A model generated the notes under the pieces. The model had not been told where the DNA came from, did no database searches, and saw only the letters and a program-made list of their open reading frames with translations. From the NCBI GenBank assembly GCA_965221775.1, contig CBDCSU010000005.1, positions 1,120,001 to 1,184,000 on the forward strand: a stretch of DNA of 64,000 nt. Direction: 5' to 3'. Made by a program: the position numbers and the translations under genes. Source of the DNA: Candidatus Latescibacterota bacterium. GTDB taxonomy: Bacteria > Latescibacterota > UBA2968 > UBA8231. Positions 1 through 9,003 of this stretch are shown here, in pieces. Each line of letters starts with the position of its first letter. Position 1 is the first letter of the stretch.

Positions 1-1117
1 CGTGTTGGTCGAACGCTGCCTGAAGCCGCTCGCAAAGCCAAGCACTGCCTTGCGGAGTAAGTTCAACGGATGCATGCTGCCTGTATGCACGCCGAGGATC
101 GGTGTTTCCGCTGCCGATGGCTGCATTGCGCTGGGTCGACGCAAAGGAGTCGCTTCCAAGTGTATCCATCAATTCGTTCAGCGAAACTCCGTTTGCCATG
201 GTCCCAGCAACGAACGCGGCCCGATGCACGCGGATGTACCTTGGATACTCTCTCTTCCATGGGCGACGCGCAATGTCCTCCGCCGATGCGTCGTCCCGCC
301 CCGGGTGATGCTTCATGCCGACGGCACGACCGAAAATACGTATGTCTCGCTCGTCGGTGAGTCGTGCGACATACATGGCTGCACCCTCTTCAACGCTCCT
401 AGGGCGTCTGCCTGCGGGATAGGCAAGGCCCCAATGGCAACCCTCGTGTACGATCACGTCGATAGTGCCCCGAGAAACCGGCACCCGCTCATCACTCTTG
501 CCGAGAAACTTCACGAAGGCCTGGCCCGCATCCGCCACTACCGCGGGAAGGGAATCGGATCGTGCGATCCCAAGCCCCACTTCCGCGCCGAAGTCGCCAA
601 GCCCCCTCGCGAGATTGGGTCTACCACCGCTCACACGATGTCGGGTAACACGGTCCGCCCACGTCTTGAGCATGTCGTGGGTTAGGGCCGTGCCACACCG
701 CCATAGCTCGACAAAATAGCTCCGAGAGGCCGCGATGATGGCTGCGTCCTCGGCGACAACACCGAACTCCTGGTTTCGGGTCAGTGCGGCCTCCGTCAGA
801 TTTGCCGACGTAATGATCGCTCGACCCTTCCCAAAGAGGTACAGTTTGGCGTGCAGATTGCGGATTCCGCGGATGCTGGCGCCGGCGTCGAGTAGCCTTC
901 GGAGGGCCTCGATATCGCTGACACCTTCGGCGAAATCGGCCAAGTTGAACCGGGTGATAACGTGAAGGTCGCCGTTCGAATGCGACAGGAGACGTTGAAT
1001 TGGACCCTCCTTGATGAATGGGGAGACGATGCGGACCTCATTAGGCTCTGAGCGGATAGCTGCCGTCAGTTCCCGGTCCCATCCCCTATCGACCAGCCGT
1101 ACCGGCGCTTGGCTCAT
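1..1117 (-). CDS. Phospholipase D-family (HKD-like) nuclease-domain protein, runs off the window edge
   Basis: Not in the ORF track because it has no stop in the window. Manual translation from ATG 1117: MSQAPVRLVDRGWDRELT...IVSPFIK...RNLHAKLYLFGKGRAIITSANLTEAALTRNQEFGV, i.e. HxK plus SANLT/NxE PLD motifs. TGATG overlap with the upstream hsdR remnant. Confidence 0.8.
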   Translation of the reverse strand, partial: MSQAPVRLVDRGWDRELTAAIRSEPNEVRIVSPFIKEGPIQRLLSHSNGDLHVITRFNLADFAEGVSDIEALRRLLDAGASIRGIRNLHAKLYLFGKGRAIITSANLTEAALTRNQEFGVVAEDAAIIAASRSYFVELWRCGTALTHDMLKTWADRVTRHRVSGGRPNLARGLGDFGAEVGLGIARSDSLPAVVADAGQAFVKFLGKSDERVPVSRGTIDVIVHEGCHWGLAYPAGRRPRSVEEGAAMYVARLTDERDIRIFGRAVGMKHHPGRDDASAEDIARRPWKREYPRYIRVHRAAFVAGTMANGVSLNELMDTLGSDSFASTQRNAAIGSGNTDPRRAYRQHASVELTPQGSAWLCERLQAAFDQH

Positions 1118-1835
1118 CACGCCACCATCGCAAATCCACCGCTGATAGCCTGCTGCCAGACATGGGCATATACCTCGGCGGCCACCGCCTCTTTCTCTTC
1201 AGGCGTGAACGGCGGCGTCGGCAGGTTGGCGTAGATCTCGTCGAGGATAACCACCTCCACCTCGGCCTTCGTCTGCTCCTTCTCCCAAAACCGGTCGAGT
1301 TCGGCCAAGCGTGCCTTGATCGATGGAAGCAGATCCCGGCTTGCTTGCTGTACTCGCTCGCGCTCGCCCTTGCCGAGCTGCTCCTTCAGCAGGTCGAACA
1401 GCGCGAGTTCATCCTCGCTCAGGCCTTCTTCCACTCCCCGCTTCTGCTCCGTGTCCAACTCGTCCATGAGCTCCATCAGCCGACGAAAAGTCTCCTCGAT
1501 GGTGACGAGATCCTTCTTCCGGTTGTAGTCGGCAACGATCTCTTCGTACTTCTGCTGATAGTCCATGCGCGAAGGGTTTCGAGCTAGCATCTCGGCTAGC
1601 TTCTGCTCGATGATCTCGCGGATGTCCTGCAGGGCAGTCGCCTTGTGCGGACCCTCTTCGCGAACTCGTCGCGCAGGTTCTCCATGTCGATCTAGCTGAG
1701 GTCGAAAGTCACGCCGTCAGCTTGGTCATCGCCGGGCACCTGCGTGCGGATCGCCTCATTGACGATCCGGTCAGCTCCTTGTCGGTCGAATAGACGGCCT
1801 CGACAGCATCCTTCAGTCCCCTGATACGGTCTAGG
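1117..1835 (-). pseudogene. hsdR: C-terminal remnant of type I restriction enzyme R subunit (DUF3387-like)
   Basis: MLARNPSRMDYQQKYEEIVADYN...EEGLSEDELALFDLL...FWEKEQTKAEV is a typical HsdR C-terminus. Upstream homology continues through a frameshift (~1650) and an in-frame TAG (1692-1694). Nuclease and helicase parts are absent. Confidence 0.75.
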
Positions 1836-1883
1836 TTGTTGCTGGGTGTCTGACGTGGCTTGCGTGCCATTCACTTCTTCTCA

Positions 1884-2342
1884 CTACTGATGCAATCCCA
1901 TCACGGGAGGCAATTCGGCTGTCGCGCATCTTGGGTAACAGCAGAGGAAGAAACCAAGAAGTGCGACGAAGGCAATCTCAGTGACATAATAAAGCCCTAG
2001 CGTCACGGACAAAAAAGCTGCTCGCCAAGTATACTTGTCCGTATGCTGTTTAGGATTCATTGCATAGTCCGTGTCACCCTGCTGGCGTACTCGGTCATAC
2101 TCGGCTCGAAATAGGCGACCTTGCCACAAGAAGTAAGCGTCTAGCAGCCAGAATCCAAAGATAGCTACGAGAAGCGTCAATGCCAGTAGAGGCTGGTCTG
2201 GGACAATTCGCACCATCAATAGGGAGCCGCCCACAAGGACGGTCATGCTCCAACCCTTAAGCAGGAAGGCGTTTCCGCCTAGACGATTCAGGACTCCCTG
2301 AATGAACTCCAGGTGCTTTGCTACTCGATCAGAGGGTTCCAT
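1884..2342 (-). CDS. Small multi-TM membrane protein, putative effector of the adjacent TIR protein
   Basis: KHLEFIQGVLNRLGGNAFLLKGWSMT...LDAYFLWQGRLFRAEYDRVR with about 3 hydrophobic segments. Directly downstream of and co-oriented with the TIR gene. ATG 2342 chosen; the ORF track starts at 2384. Confidence 0.7.
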   Translation of the reverse strand: MEPSDRVAKHLEFIQGVLNRLGGNAFLLKGWSMTVLVGGSLLMVRIVPDQPLLALTLLVAIFGFWLLDAYFLWQGRLFRAEYDRVRQQGDTDYAMNPKQHTDKYTWRAAFLSVTLGLYYVTEIAFVALLGFFLCCYPRCATAELPPVMGLHQ

Positions 2343-2400
2343 CTGGCCGACGTCCTTTCGTGCCGCAGGGAAATCTCCAACCATCCTATAGGGACTCGCA

Positions 2401-3066
2401 CTAATCTCTCACAATTTTCACAAGATTGTACTCATCTACCCGATCCCTCAGATCTTCGGCCACCTGAAGGTATCTTTCTCTTTCTGCCAAGAAGTCACTC
2501 CACTTGACTGAGTGAATATAGGAGAATAGTCCCATGTGCACGGGAATGTCTGTATGATGTGGACAGCCATTAAAGGTAGGCCGCTTCTTGTTGAACATAT
2601 TCTCCCGTAGGATCTGAAACAGCTTGTTCGTATGGTAGTGTGTATAGTGGCAAGACGCGCAACTGTCTTCGTCGATGAAGTATCGGTAGGAGGAGGTTCT
2701 GTCTGGTAAGACAACCGCTAGCATTCCGTTCGTGCGACTCGTTCGGCCGCTCCGTGAGACTTCTTTGAGGGAGTAGGAGATCTCCCAAGGAATCCATTGG
2801 TCAGATTGCCTCTCCAGCGGATCTTTCATCCGTGGGGAGATCAGAACAAGGGTTATGCTGCTATCGTAAATCTTGTCCTTTAGATGAGTTTCAATGGTCT
2901 CATCCTTAAACTGGCTTAAATCTTCGTTCCCTTCTCCCTTGTAGATCTCATCCCCTTCAAATTGCTCGATGAGCTCATCTACATAAGCCCGGGCCGTCGT
3001 ACCATAGTTGAGCGGTTCAACGGAGTCATCGCAGTGCTTGTAGGTGACGAAGATCTTGCGGGCCAC
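2401..3066 (-). CDS. TIR-domain protein (MTH538/DUF1863, ThsB-like)
   Basis: ARKIFVTYKH...KIYDSSITLVLISP...DQWIPWEISYSL (catalytic Glu in WIPWEI)...NGMLAVVLPD. GTG at 3066 preceded by AGGGAG; alternative ATG at 3114. Confidence 0.85.
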   Translation of the reverse strand: MARKIFVTYKHCDDSVEPLNYGTTARAYVDELIEQFEGDEIYKGEGNEDLSQFKDETIETHLKDKIYDSSITLVLISPRMKDPLERQSDQWIPWEISYSLKEVSRSGRTSRTNGMLAVVLPDRTSSYRYFIDEDSCASCHYTHYHTNKLFQILRENMFNKKRPTFNGCPHHTDIPVHMGLFSYIHSVKWSDFLAERERYLQVAEDLRDRVDEYNLVKIVRD

Positions 3067-3118
3067 TTTGATTTGTCTCCCTTCTGGTGATTTCTGGTGG
3101 ATGGATAGATCCATACTG

Positions 3119-3147
3119 AATGTAAGTGCTCAAATTTGCAGATGCAA
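3119..3147 (-). promoter_or_regulatory. Putative sigma70 promoter of the TIR cassette
   Basis: TTGCAT-17 nt-TACATT on the minus strand, at the low-GC/high-GC boundary. Confidence 0.5.
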
Positions 3148-3168
3148 GGGGTGTCCGGCGGGACGGCT

Positions 3169-4401
3169 TCAGCCCTGCCCCCCCGCCGGCCTGCGAATCC
3201 CCGCCATCACGGCGAAGGCGATCACCACCGGCAGGAGCACGATCGCCGCGGCCACGAACCCGGCGCGCAGCGACAGGCCCAGGGCGACGGCGCCCAGCAA
3301 GGGTCCGCCGATCATCTGGCCCACGGCGTCCATCTGCCCTCCGAAGGAGAGGACCGTGGCCCGGACGCGGGAGGGCACGAAGCGGTTCTGCCAGGCGCTC
3401 AGCAGGGGACCGCTGGCGCGCCGCAACGGTCCCCGGGCCCAGAACATGGCCATGGCGAAGGCGAACTCCGCGGCCAGGCCGAAGGCGACGAGGCTGGCCA
3501 CGTAGAGGCCTTGCAGGACGAAGAGCGTCCCCGCCACGGCGCGGTCGTCGTTCGTGTTCACGGTGCGCCGGACGACCTCCAGCAGGGCGAACCCCAGGGC
3601 CATCGTCACGTAGCTGCTGAGGCCGAACCACGCCACGGGGTCGAGGGGCCCGAGGGGCGGCAGGGTGATCGTCTCCAGCAGGAAGGGCGTGGTCAGCCGG
3701 TCGGGGACCTCGCTCGAGGCGCCGAAGAGGAAGGGCGCTATGACGATGAGGACCAGGACGCGGCGGCGGCGGATCACGCCCAGGGCCTGACCCAGGGTGC
3801 GGCCCATGGTGCGGAAGGTCTGGCGCTCGGGGGCGGGCAGCGGCCGGAAGCCGTGCTCGGTCATGGCGAAGGCCGAGAACAGGGCCAAGGCCAGGAACAT
3901 GGATCCGCCGGCGACGAGGGGCCAGCTGCGGTCCACGCTCGCCAGCGCCACGGACAGGGCCGCCCCGGCCAGTCCGCCCACCAGGCTGGCCTGCGATCCC
4001 CGCATCAGCGCGTGAGGCAGCCGCTCGGCGCCGATCTCGTCGGCCAGCCAGGCGGTGCGGGCCCCGCTGAGGAAGGTCGCTCCCAGTCCCCCCACGACCG
4101 AGGCGGCGAGCAGGGCGCCGAAGAGCGGGACCAAACCCGCGAGCAGGAAGCCGGCCCCCGTGAGGGCCAGGCCGATGACGACGGAGAGGCGGCGGCTGTA
4201 CACGTCGGCGACGACGCCGGTGGGGATCTCGAAGGCGAAGATCGTCGCCTCCAGAACGGTGCCGACCAGGACGAGCTGGAGGGCGTTGAGGCCGACCGTC
4301 TCCACCTGGTAGACCAGGCTCGTGGTGATCACCGTGGCCACGGCGAGCCCGTCAACGGCCGACATGCCGATCGAGAGCGGATAGGCGGGCAATCGCTTCA
4401 T
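3169..4401 (-). CDS. MFS transporter
   Basis: About 12 hydrophobic helices; motif FEIPTGVVADVYSRR. Confidence 0.9.
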   Translation of the reverse strand: MKRLPAYPLSIGMSAVDGLAVATVITTSLVYQVETVGLNALQLVLVGTVLEATIFAFEIPTGVVADVYSRRLSVVIGLALTGAGFLLAGLVPLFGALLAASVVGGLGATFLSGARTAWLADEIGAERLPHALMRGSQASLVGGLAGAALSVALASVDRSWPLVAGGSMFLALALFSAFAMTEHGFRPLPAPERQTFRTMGRTLGQALGVIRRRRVLVLIVIAPFLFGASSEVPDRLTTPFLLETITLPPLGPLDPVAWFGLSSYVTMALGFALLEVVRRTVNTNDDRAVAGTLFVLQGLYVASLVAFGLAAEFAFAMAMFWARGPLRRASGPLLSAWQNRFVPSRVRATVLSFGGQMDAVGQMIGGPLLGAVALGLSLRAGFVAAAIVLLPVVIAFAVMAGIRRPAGGQG

Positions 4402-4461
4402 GGGGCTCTATCTTACCCGCCTCGCGGACACAATCGCCAGCGGAAAAGAGGAGGATTCGCA

Positions 4462-5340
4462 ATGAGCACGGATGTGGAACTGGTCGTGGACGCCGGCGCC
4501 TTGGTCGGCGAAGGCTCCCTCTGGAACAGCGCCGAGCAGTTGCTCTACTGGGTCGACATCATGGGCAGCAAGCTGCACGTCCACGACCCCGCGGGCGGGG
4601 GCGATCGGGTGATGGACGTGGGGCAGCCGGTGGGCACGGTGGTGGTGCGGGCCTCGGGCGGATTGATGCTGGCCCTCAAGGACGGGTTCGCCGCCTTCGA
4701 TCCAGCCAGCGGGGAGTTGACCATCCTCGACGATCCGGAAGCCGACTTGCCGGAGAACCGCTTCAACGACGGCAAGTGCGATCCCGCCGGCCGCTTCTGG
4801 GCCGGCACCATGGCCATCGATCCGGTGGAGGGAGCCGGCGCTCTCTACTGCATGGACACGGACCTGAGCGTGCGCAAGGTCCGCGGCGACGTGAGCATCT
4901 CGAACGGCATCGTCTGGAGCCTCGACAACGCGCGGATGTACTTCATCGACTCCCTCCGCTACGACGTGCTGGCCTACGACTACGACGTGGAGACGGGAAC
5001 CATCGACGATGAGCGGATCGCCTTCCCGATCCCCCGGGAGGTGGGGCTGCCCGACGGCATGGCCATCGATGCCGAGGGCATGCTGTGGATCGCCCACTTC
5101 GGCGGGTCCAAGGTCTGCCGCTGGCATCCCGACACCGGCGAGATCCTGCAGACGATCGACCTGCCCGTTTCCAAGGTGACGTCCTGCGCCTTCGGAGGCC
5201 GGGACCTGGACACCCTTTACATCACCAGCGCTTGCCTGGGGATGACGGAGGAAGAGCGGGAGCGGGAGCCCCACGCCGGCGGGCTGTTCAAGGCAAGTCC
5301 GGGTTGCCGCGGGGTGGAGTCGTTCCAATTCGGCGGGTGA
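4462..5340 (+). CDS. SMP-30/gluconolactonase/LRE family protein
   Basis: GEGSLW, RFNDGKCDPAGRFWAGTM, SNGIVWS, PDGMAIDAEG. RBS GAGGAGG before ATG 4462. Confidence 0.92.
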   Translation: MSTDVELVVDAGALVGEGSLWNSAEQLLYWVDIMGSKLHVHDPAGGGDRVMDVGQPVGTVVVRASGGLMLALKDGFAAFDPASGELTILDDPEADLPENRFNDGKCDPAGRFWAGTMAIDPVEGAGALYCMDTDLSVRKVRGDVSISNGIVWSLDNARMYFIDSLRYDVLAYDYDVETGTIDDERIAFPIPREVGLPDGMAIDAEGMLWIAHFGGSKVCRWHPDTGEILQTIDLPVSKVTSCAFGGRDLDTLYITSACLGMTEEEREREPHAGGLFKASPGCRGVESFQFGG

Positions 5341-5382
5341 GGCTACTCTCCCCGCCAGGCAGGTCGATGCTGGTGTACCCGT
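5265..5382 (+). repeat. Direct repeat copy 1 (SMP-30 3' end plus degenerate PhyH 3' end)
   Basis: Aligns with 7177-7297; 46-bp identical core 5273-5318 = 7185-7230. Confidence 0.9.
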
Positions 5383-5538
5383 TTCTGCAGTCGTCGAGAG
5401 CACCGTTGCTTGTGAGGTGCCGGTCGCGTACCGTGCAGCGTTCGCTTCACGAGGCGAGCGCCGGCGGACCAACCAGAGGCTTGGTGGCAGTCACGCAGGA
5501 TTACACGTTGGGCAACCTGCAAGATGCGGGGGAAGGTG

Positions 5539-5760
5539 ATGGCTGAGCCTGAAGGGAGAGACGAGCGCGAGGTGGAGTTGCGCATGGCCCTGCTCCGGGA
5601 GCGGTACGGCGACCGGTTCGCGGAGCCGGACCAGGAAGCGGAGGTCCGCAGGCAGGTCCAGGAGTTGGTCAGGGTCTCCAAGACGCTCCGGGAGGCCGAG
5701 GCCGCCCCGGGCCAGGAGCCGTTTCCGCCGTTCAGGCCCTACCGCGGCGACGACCGGTGA
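5539..5760 (+). CDS. Small GatC/AtzG-like amidase partner protein
   Basis: 73 aa helical, charged protein ending EPFPPFRPYRG; GTGA overlap with the amidase gene. Confidence 0.6.
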   Translation: MAEPEGRDEREVELRMALLRERYGDRFAEPDQEAEVRRQVQELVRVSKTLREAEAAPGQEPFPPFRPYRGDDR

Positions 5761-7175
5761 CCGAGCTCGACGCCGTCTTCCGGCCGGTGCGCGAGCTGTC
5801 GGAGCGGGTGCGCACGCGGCAGGTGTCGCCGGTGGCGCTGACGCGGCTGTTCCTGGACCGGCTGGAGCGGATCGGGCCGCGGTACAATGCGGTCGTGACC
5901 CTCACCGCCGATCTGGCCGAGAAGCAGGCGCAGGACTCCGAGCGGGAGATCGTCGAGGGGCGCTACCGCGGTCCGCTGCACGGCATCCCGTACGGACTCA
6001 AGGACGTGTTCGCCACCGAGGGCTACCCGACGACGTGGGGCGCGGGGCCGCTGCGCGACCAGGCCTTCGACTACGACGCCACCATAGTCCGCAGGCTGCG
6101 GGATGCCGGCGCCGTGCTGGCCGCCAAGCTGGCGCTGGTGGAGCTGGCCGGCGGCACGGGGTACCGGCGGGCGAAGGCCTCGTTCACCGGGCCCGGCCTC
6201 AACCCGTGGGACCCCGGCACGTGGAGCGGCGGCTCCTCGAGCGGCTCCGGGTCGGCGGTCGCCGCGGGGCTCGTGCCGTTCGCGATCGGCACGGAGACGT
6301 GGGGATCGATCGTGGGACCGTCGTCCAACTGCGCCGTGTCCGGCCTGCGCCCCACCTTCGGCCGCGTGAGCCGGCACGGCGGTATGCCGCTCACCTACGG
6401 GATGGACAAGCCGGGGCCGATGTGCCTCACCGCCGACGACTGCGGACTCGTGCTCGATGCGGTGGCCGGCCCTGATGAGCGCGACGAGGCGACCACGACG
6501 CGGCCGTACGAGTATCGCCTGCACCGCCCGGAGCGTGGCCGCTACCGTCTGGGGGTGCCCAAAGAGGTGCCTGACAGCTCCCGGCCGGGCGTACAGAAAC
6601 GCTTCCGGGAGGCGCTGGCCGCGCTGGCCGAGGTGGCGGACATCGAGGAGGTCGGGCTTCCGGACCTGCCGTACGCCGAGGTGTCCAGCACGATCTTCCT
6701 GGCCGAGTCGGCCAGCGTCATGGAGGGGCTCATCGACAGCGGCCTCACCGCGGGGCTCACCGCGCCGGAGGCGCGCATCGGGACCTATGCCCGGACCGCG
6801 GTGCTGGCCGCCGACTACCTGCGGGCGCTGCGGCTGCGGCGCGCCATCGCGGAGGCGGCCGACCGGCTGCTTGCGCGCTACGACGCGCTGCTGTCGCCGA
6901 CGCGGCCGACGGTCGCGCCGCCGGCCGACCGGCCCTGGGTCAAGAAGCCCGGGGAGGCGGCCGATCCGCTGGGAGCGTTCGGTAGCTGCATCGGGCTGCC
7001 GGCGATCTCGGTGCCCATGGGATTCTCGGACGAGGGCTTGCCGATGGGCCTGCAGATCCTGGGTCGGGCCTATGACGAGAACGTGGTGCTGGCCGTTGCC
7101 TCCGCCTACCAGGGGCTGACCGACTGGCACGCACGGCACCCGCCGGATCTGCTGCAGGCCATCGCAACGAACTGA
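5757..7175 (+). CDS. Amidase signature family enzyme
   Basis: GPLHGIPYGLKD, GGSSSGSGSAVAAG, GTETWGSI. Confidence 0.93.
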   Translation: MTELDAVFRPVRELSERVRTRQVSPVALTRLFLDRLERIGPRYNAVVTLTADLAEKQAQDSEREIVEGRYRGPLHGIPYGLKDVFATEGYPTTWGAGPLRDQAFDYDATIVRRLRDAGAVLAAKLALVELAGGTGYRRAKASFTGPGLNPWDPGTWSGGSSSGSGSAVAAGLVPFAIGTETWGSIVGPSSNCAVSGLRPTFGRVSRHGGMPLTYGMDKPGPMCLTADDCGLVLDAVAGPDERDEATTTRPYEYRLHRPERGRYRLGVPKEVPDSSRPGVQKRFREALAALAEVADIEEVGLPDLPYAEVSSTIFLAESASVMEGLIDSGLTAGLTAPEARIGTYARTAVLAADYLRALRLRRAIAEAADRLLARYDALLSPTRPTVAPPADRPWVKKPGEAADPLGAFGSCIGLPAISVPMGFSDEGLPMGLQILGRAYDENVVLAVASAYQGLTDWHARHPPDLLQAIATN

Positions 7176-7176
7176 A

Positions 7177-7297
7177 GGAGCCCGACGCCGGCGGGCTGTT
7201 CAAGGCAAGTCCGGGTTGCCGCGGGGTGGAACCCTTCCAGTTCGGCGGGTAAGCGGCTACTTGCCGCTCCACGCCGTGCTGATGCTGGTGTACCCGT
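7177..7297 (+). repeat. Direct repeat copy 2 (orphan SMP-30 3' end plus intact PhyH 3' end)
   Basis: Encodes EPDAGGLFKASPGCRGVEPFQFGG* versus EPHAGGLFKASPGCRGVESFQFGG* in the SMP-30 gene. Confidence 0.9.
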
Positions 7298-8126
7298 CGA
7301 CGTAGCGCTTCAGGTGCGCGGGCAGCTCGGCGAGGAACCGCTGGCCGCTCTCCGGGATCTCCCAGGGGACGTCGATGCGGTGGTTGCGGTCGCGGAAGCC
7401 GATGGCGCACGACAGCCGGGGTTCATCGAGGTTGTTCGTAAAGGCGCCGTGATAGGTGCGGTGGGCGAAGACGATCATGTCCCCGGGATCGGTGAACAGA
7501 GGGATGAGCCCCGGAATGTCAAACCCGTCGTAGCGCGATTCCTCTTCTCCCTCGGGATAGAAGGAGCCGCGGTCGCCGGTCAGGGTGAACCCTTCCGGCC
7601 CCTCCCACCCCTCGACGTGGGAACCCTCGATCACGCACAGCCCCCCGTGGACCGGCCTTGAGCCGGTGATGTAGAACCACTTCCCCGAGGGCCACAGCCC
7701 GCGGTTGAGGACCTCGCCCGAGTTCTTCGGCGGTCCCCCGGTGAACCCCTTCCAGTCGGTGTGCCAGCGGACCGGCGCCGACCCCGGCATGCGGATGATG
7801 GCCGCCGACCGGTGGACGGTCATCTGATCCGTGCCGATCAGGTGGCGGTGAACCTCCATGAAGGGCTCGTGCTCCAGCAGCGACCACGCCCCCGGCCCCG
7901 ACTCGATCCAGGCGTGGCGGGTCCGCGACTCCCCGGGCCCCAGGGTGCGCTCCGGGTCGGTGCCGTCCCACACGGCCTCCCTCAGGCCGGCGACGACCGC
8001 GTCGGGCAGCACGTCCTTGATGATGGCGAAGCCGTGCGCCTCCAGGCACTCCGACATGGCGTCGAGCTCTCCCAAGGAGAACTCGTATCTATAACCAGGA
8101 TCCGGTTTCTCGATGGTTTCGGTCAT
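7257..8126 (-). CDS. PhyH-family Fe(II)/2-oxoglutarate dioxygenase
   Basis: HGFAIIKDVL, WHTD (HxD), GGLCVIEGSH, PGDMIVFAHRTYHG. Confidence 0.85.
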   Translation of the reverse strand: MTETIEKPDPGYRYEFSLGELDAMSECLEAHGFAIIKDVLPDAVVAGLREAVWDGTDPERTLGPGESRTRHAWIESGPGAWSLLEHEPFMEVHRHLIGTDQMTVHRSAAIIRMPGSAPVRWHTDWKGFTGGPPKNSGEVLNRGLWPSGKWFYITGSRPVHGGLCVIEGSHVEGWEGPEGFTLTGDRGSFYPEGEEESRYDGFDIPGLIPLFTDPGDMIVFAHRTYHGAFTNNLDEPRLSCAIGFRDRNHRIDVPWEIPESGQRFLAELPAHLKRYVDGYTSISTAWSGK

Positions 8127-8136
8127 CCTTGCCTCT

Positions 8137-9003
8137 TCAGGGGCCCCTTACTCGCTGCTCTCCCGCGACCAAGTCCATCAGTTCCTGACCCAGGCTGATG
8201 GCTGAGGCCGCGATGAAGTCGGAGTCCTCCAGGCCCTCGACATGTTGAACCGCCATCTGAGTACCAGTGGACGTGGCTGCCCCGAAGAATTCGGGGAACC
8301 ACGACAGCGCTTCGGTCGTGACCACACCGGACATCTCATGTTCCAGCAGGCTCCTGAGTTCAGTCGCCAATCTCGGCGCGTCGACTGCCCGGAGGAGCCG
8401 GTAGATGTCGAAAGCGTCCTTGTTTCTCAATCTGTCTCGTCCGGGCGCATCGGCGCGGTCGGCCAATTTGTGGATCTTGGCCACCAACAAAGCCGCAGGT
8501 CCGGCAACCTTGATTTCGTAAGCCCGGTCGTCCCCCGGCGCCAGAGCACTGATGGTCATCGACGTTCGCCTGACCAGCGCCCCCTCGAGTCCGCGCACCT
8601 GCCTCGCGGCCCGGGTTCCATGGACGCCGAGCTTTGCTCCCCTGCCACGTCGTCCGCCGACTGCTTCCGGTACCAGGATATCCACCTGCGCGTCGTCGTC
8701 CCTTCGATACATCCCGGGCTGGTCGGCCAGCGAGTAGCGGGCAGCCTGCATGGCCTCGGTAATTCTCGGGTCGTCGACCAGCAGCTCCGGGTCAAGGGCC
8801 ACATCCGCATCGAGAGTGAAGGGGGAGACCCCGAAGTGCGCATCGATGCCACGAGTATGTTCATAGATCGCCTGGGCGCCCACCAGAACGGCTGCCTGAC
8901 GCAGTGGCCCCAAGGCTTCCAGTGCGTCCAGCAGACCTGTCCTGGCCCTTATGTAGTCTGCATCAACGGGAGTCGCCACAGTTCCTCCGTGGAGCGCATC
9001 CAC
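8137..9003 (-). CDS. Nucleotidyltransferase toxin of a type IV TA system (AbiEii-like)
   Basis: LVGAQAI, FTLDADVALDP, LLVAKIHKL, KDAFDIYRLL. Coupled to the upstream AbiEi-like gene; true start probably nearer 8979. Confidence 0.7.
   Translation of the reverse strand: MDALHGGTVATPVDADYIRARTGLLDALEALGPLRQAAVLVGAQAIYEHTRGIDAHFGVSPFTLDADVALDPELLVDDPRITEAMQAARYSLADQPGMYRRDDDAQVDILVPEAVGGRRGRGAKLGVHGTRAARQVRGLEGALVRRTSMTISALAPGDDRAYEIKVAGPAALLVAKIHKLADRADAPGRDRLRNKDAFDIYRLLRAVDAPRLATELRSLLEHEMSGVVTTEALSWFPEFFGAATSTGTQMAVQHVEGLEDSDFIAASAISLGQELMDLVAGEQRVRGP

Noticed and set aside
2-685. 227-aa plus-strand ORF
   Set aside because: Antisense shadow of the PLD gene, which carries the recognisable motifs.
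5757-7175. gatA assignment
   Set aside because: No gatB nearby and it sits in an accessory cassette; called a generic amidase.
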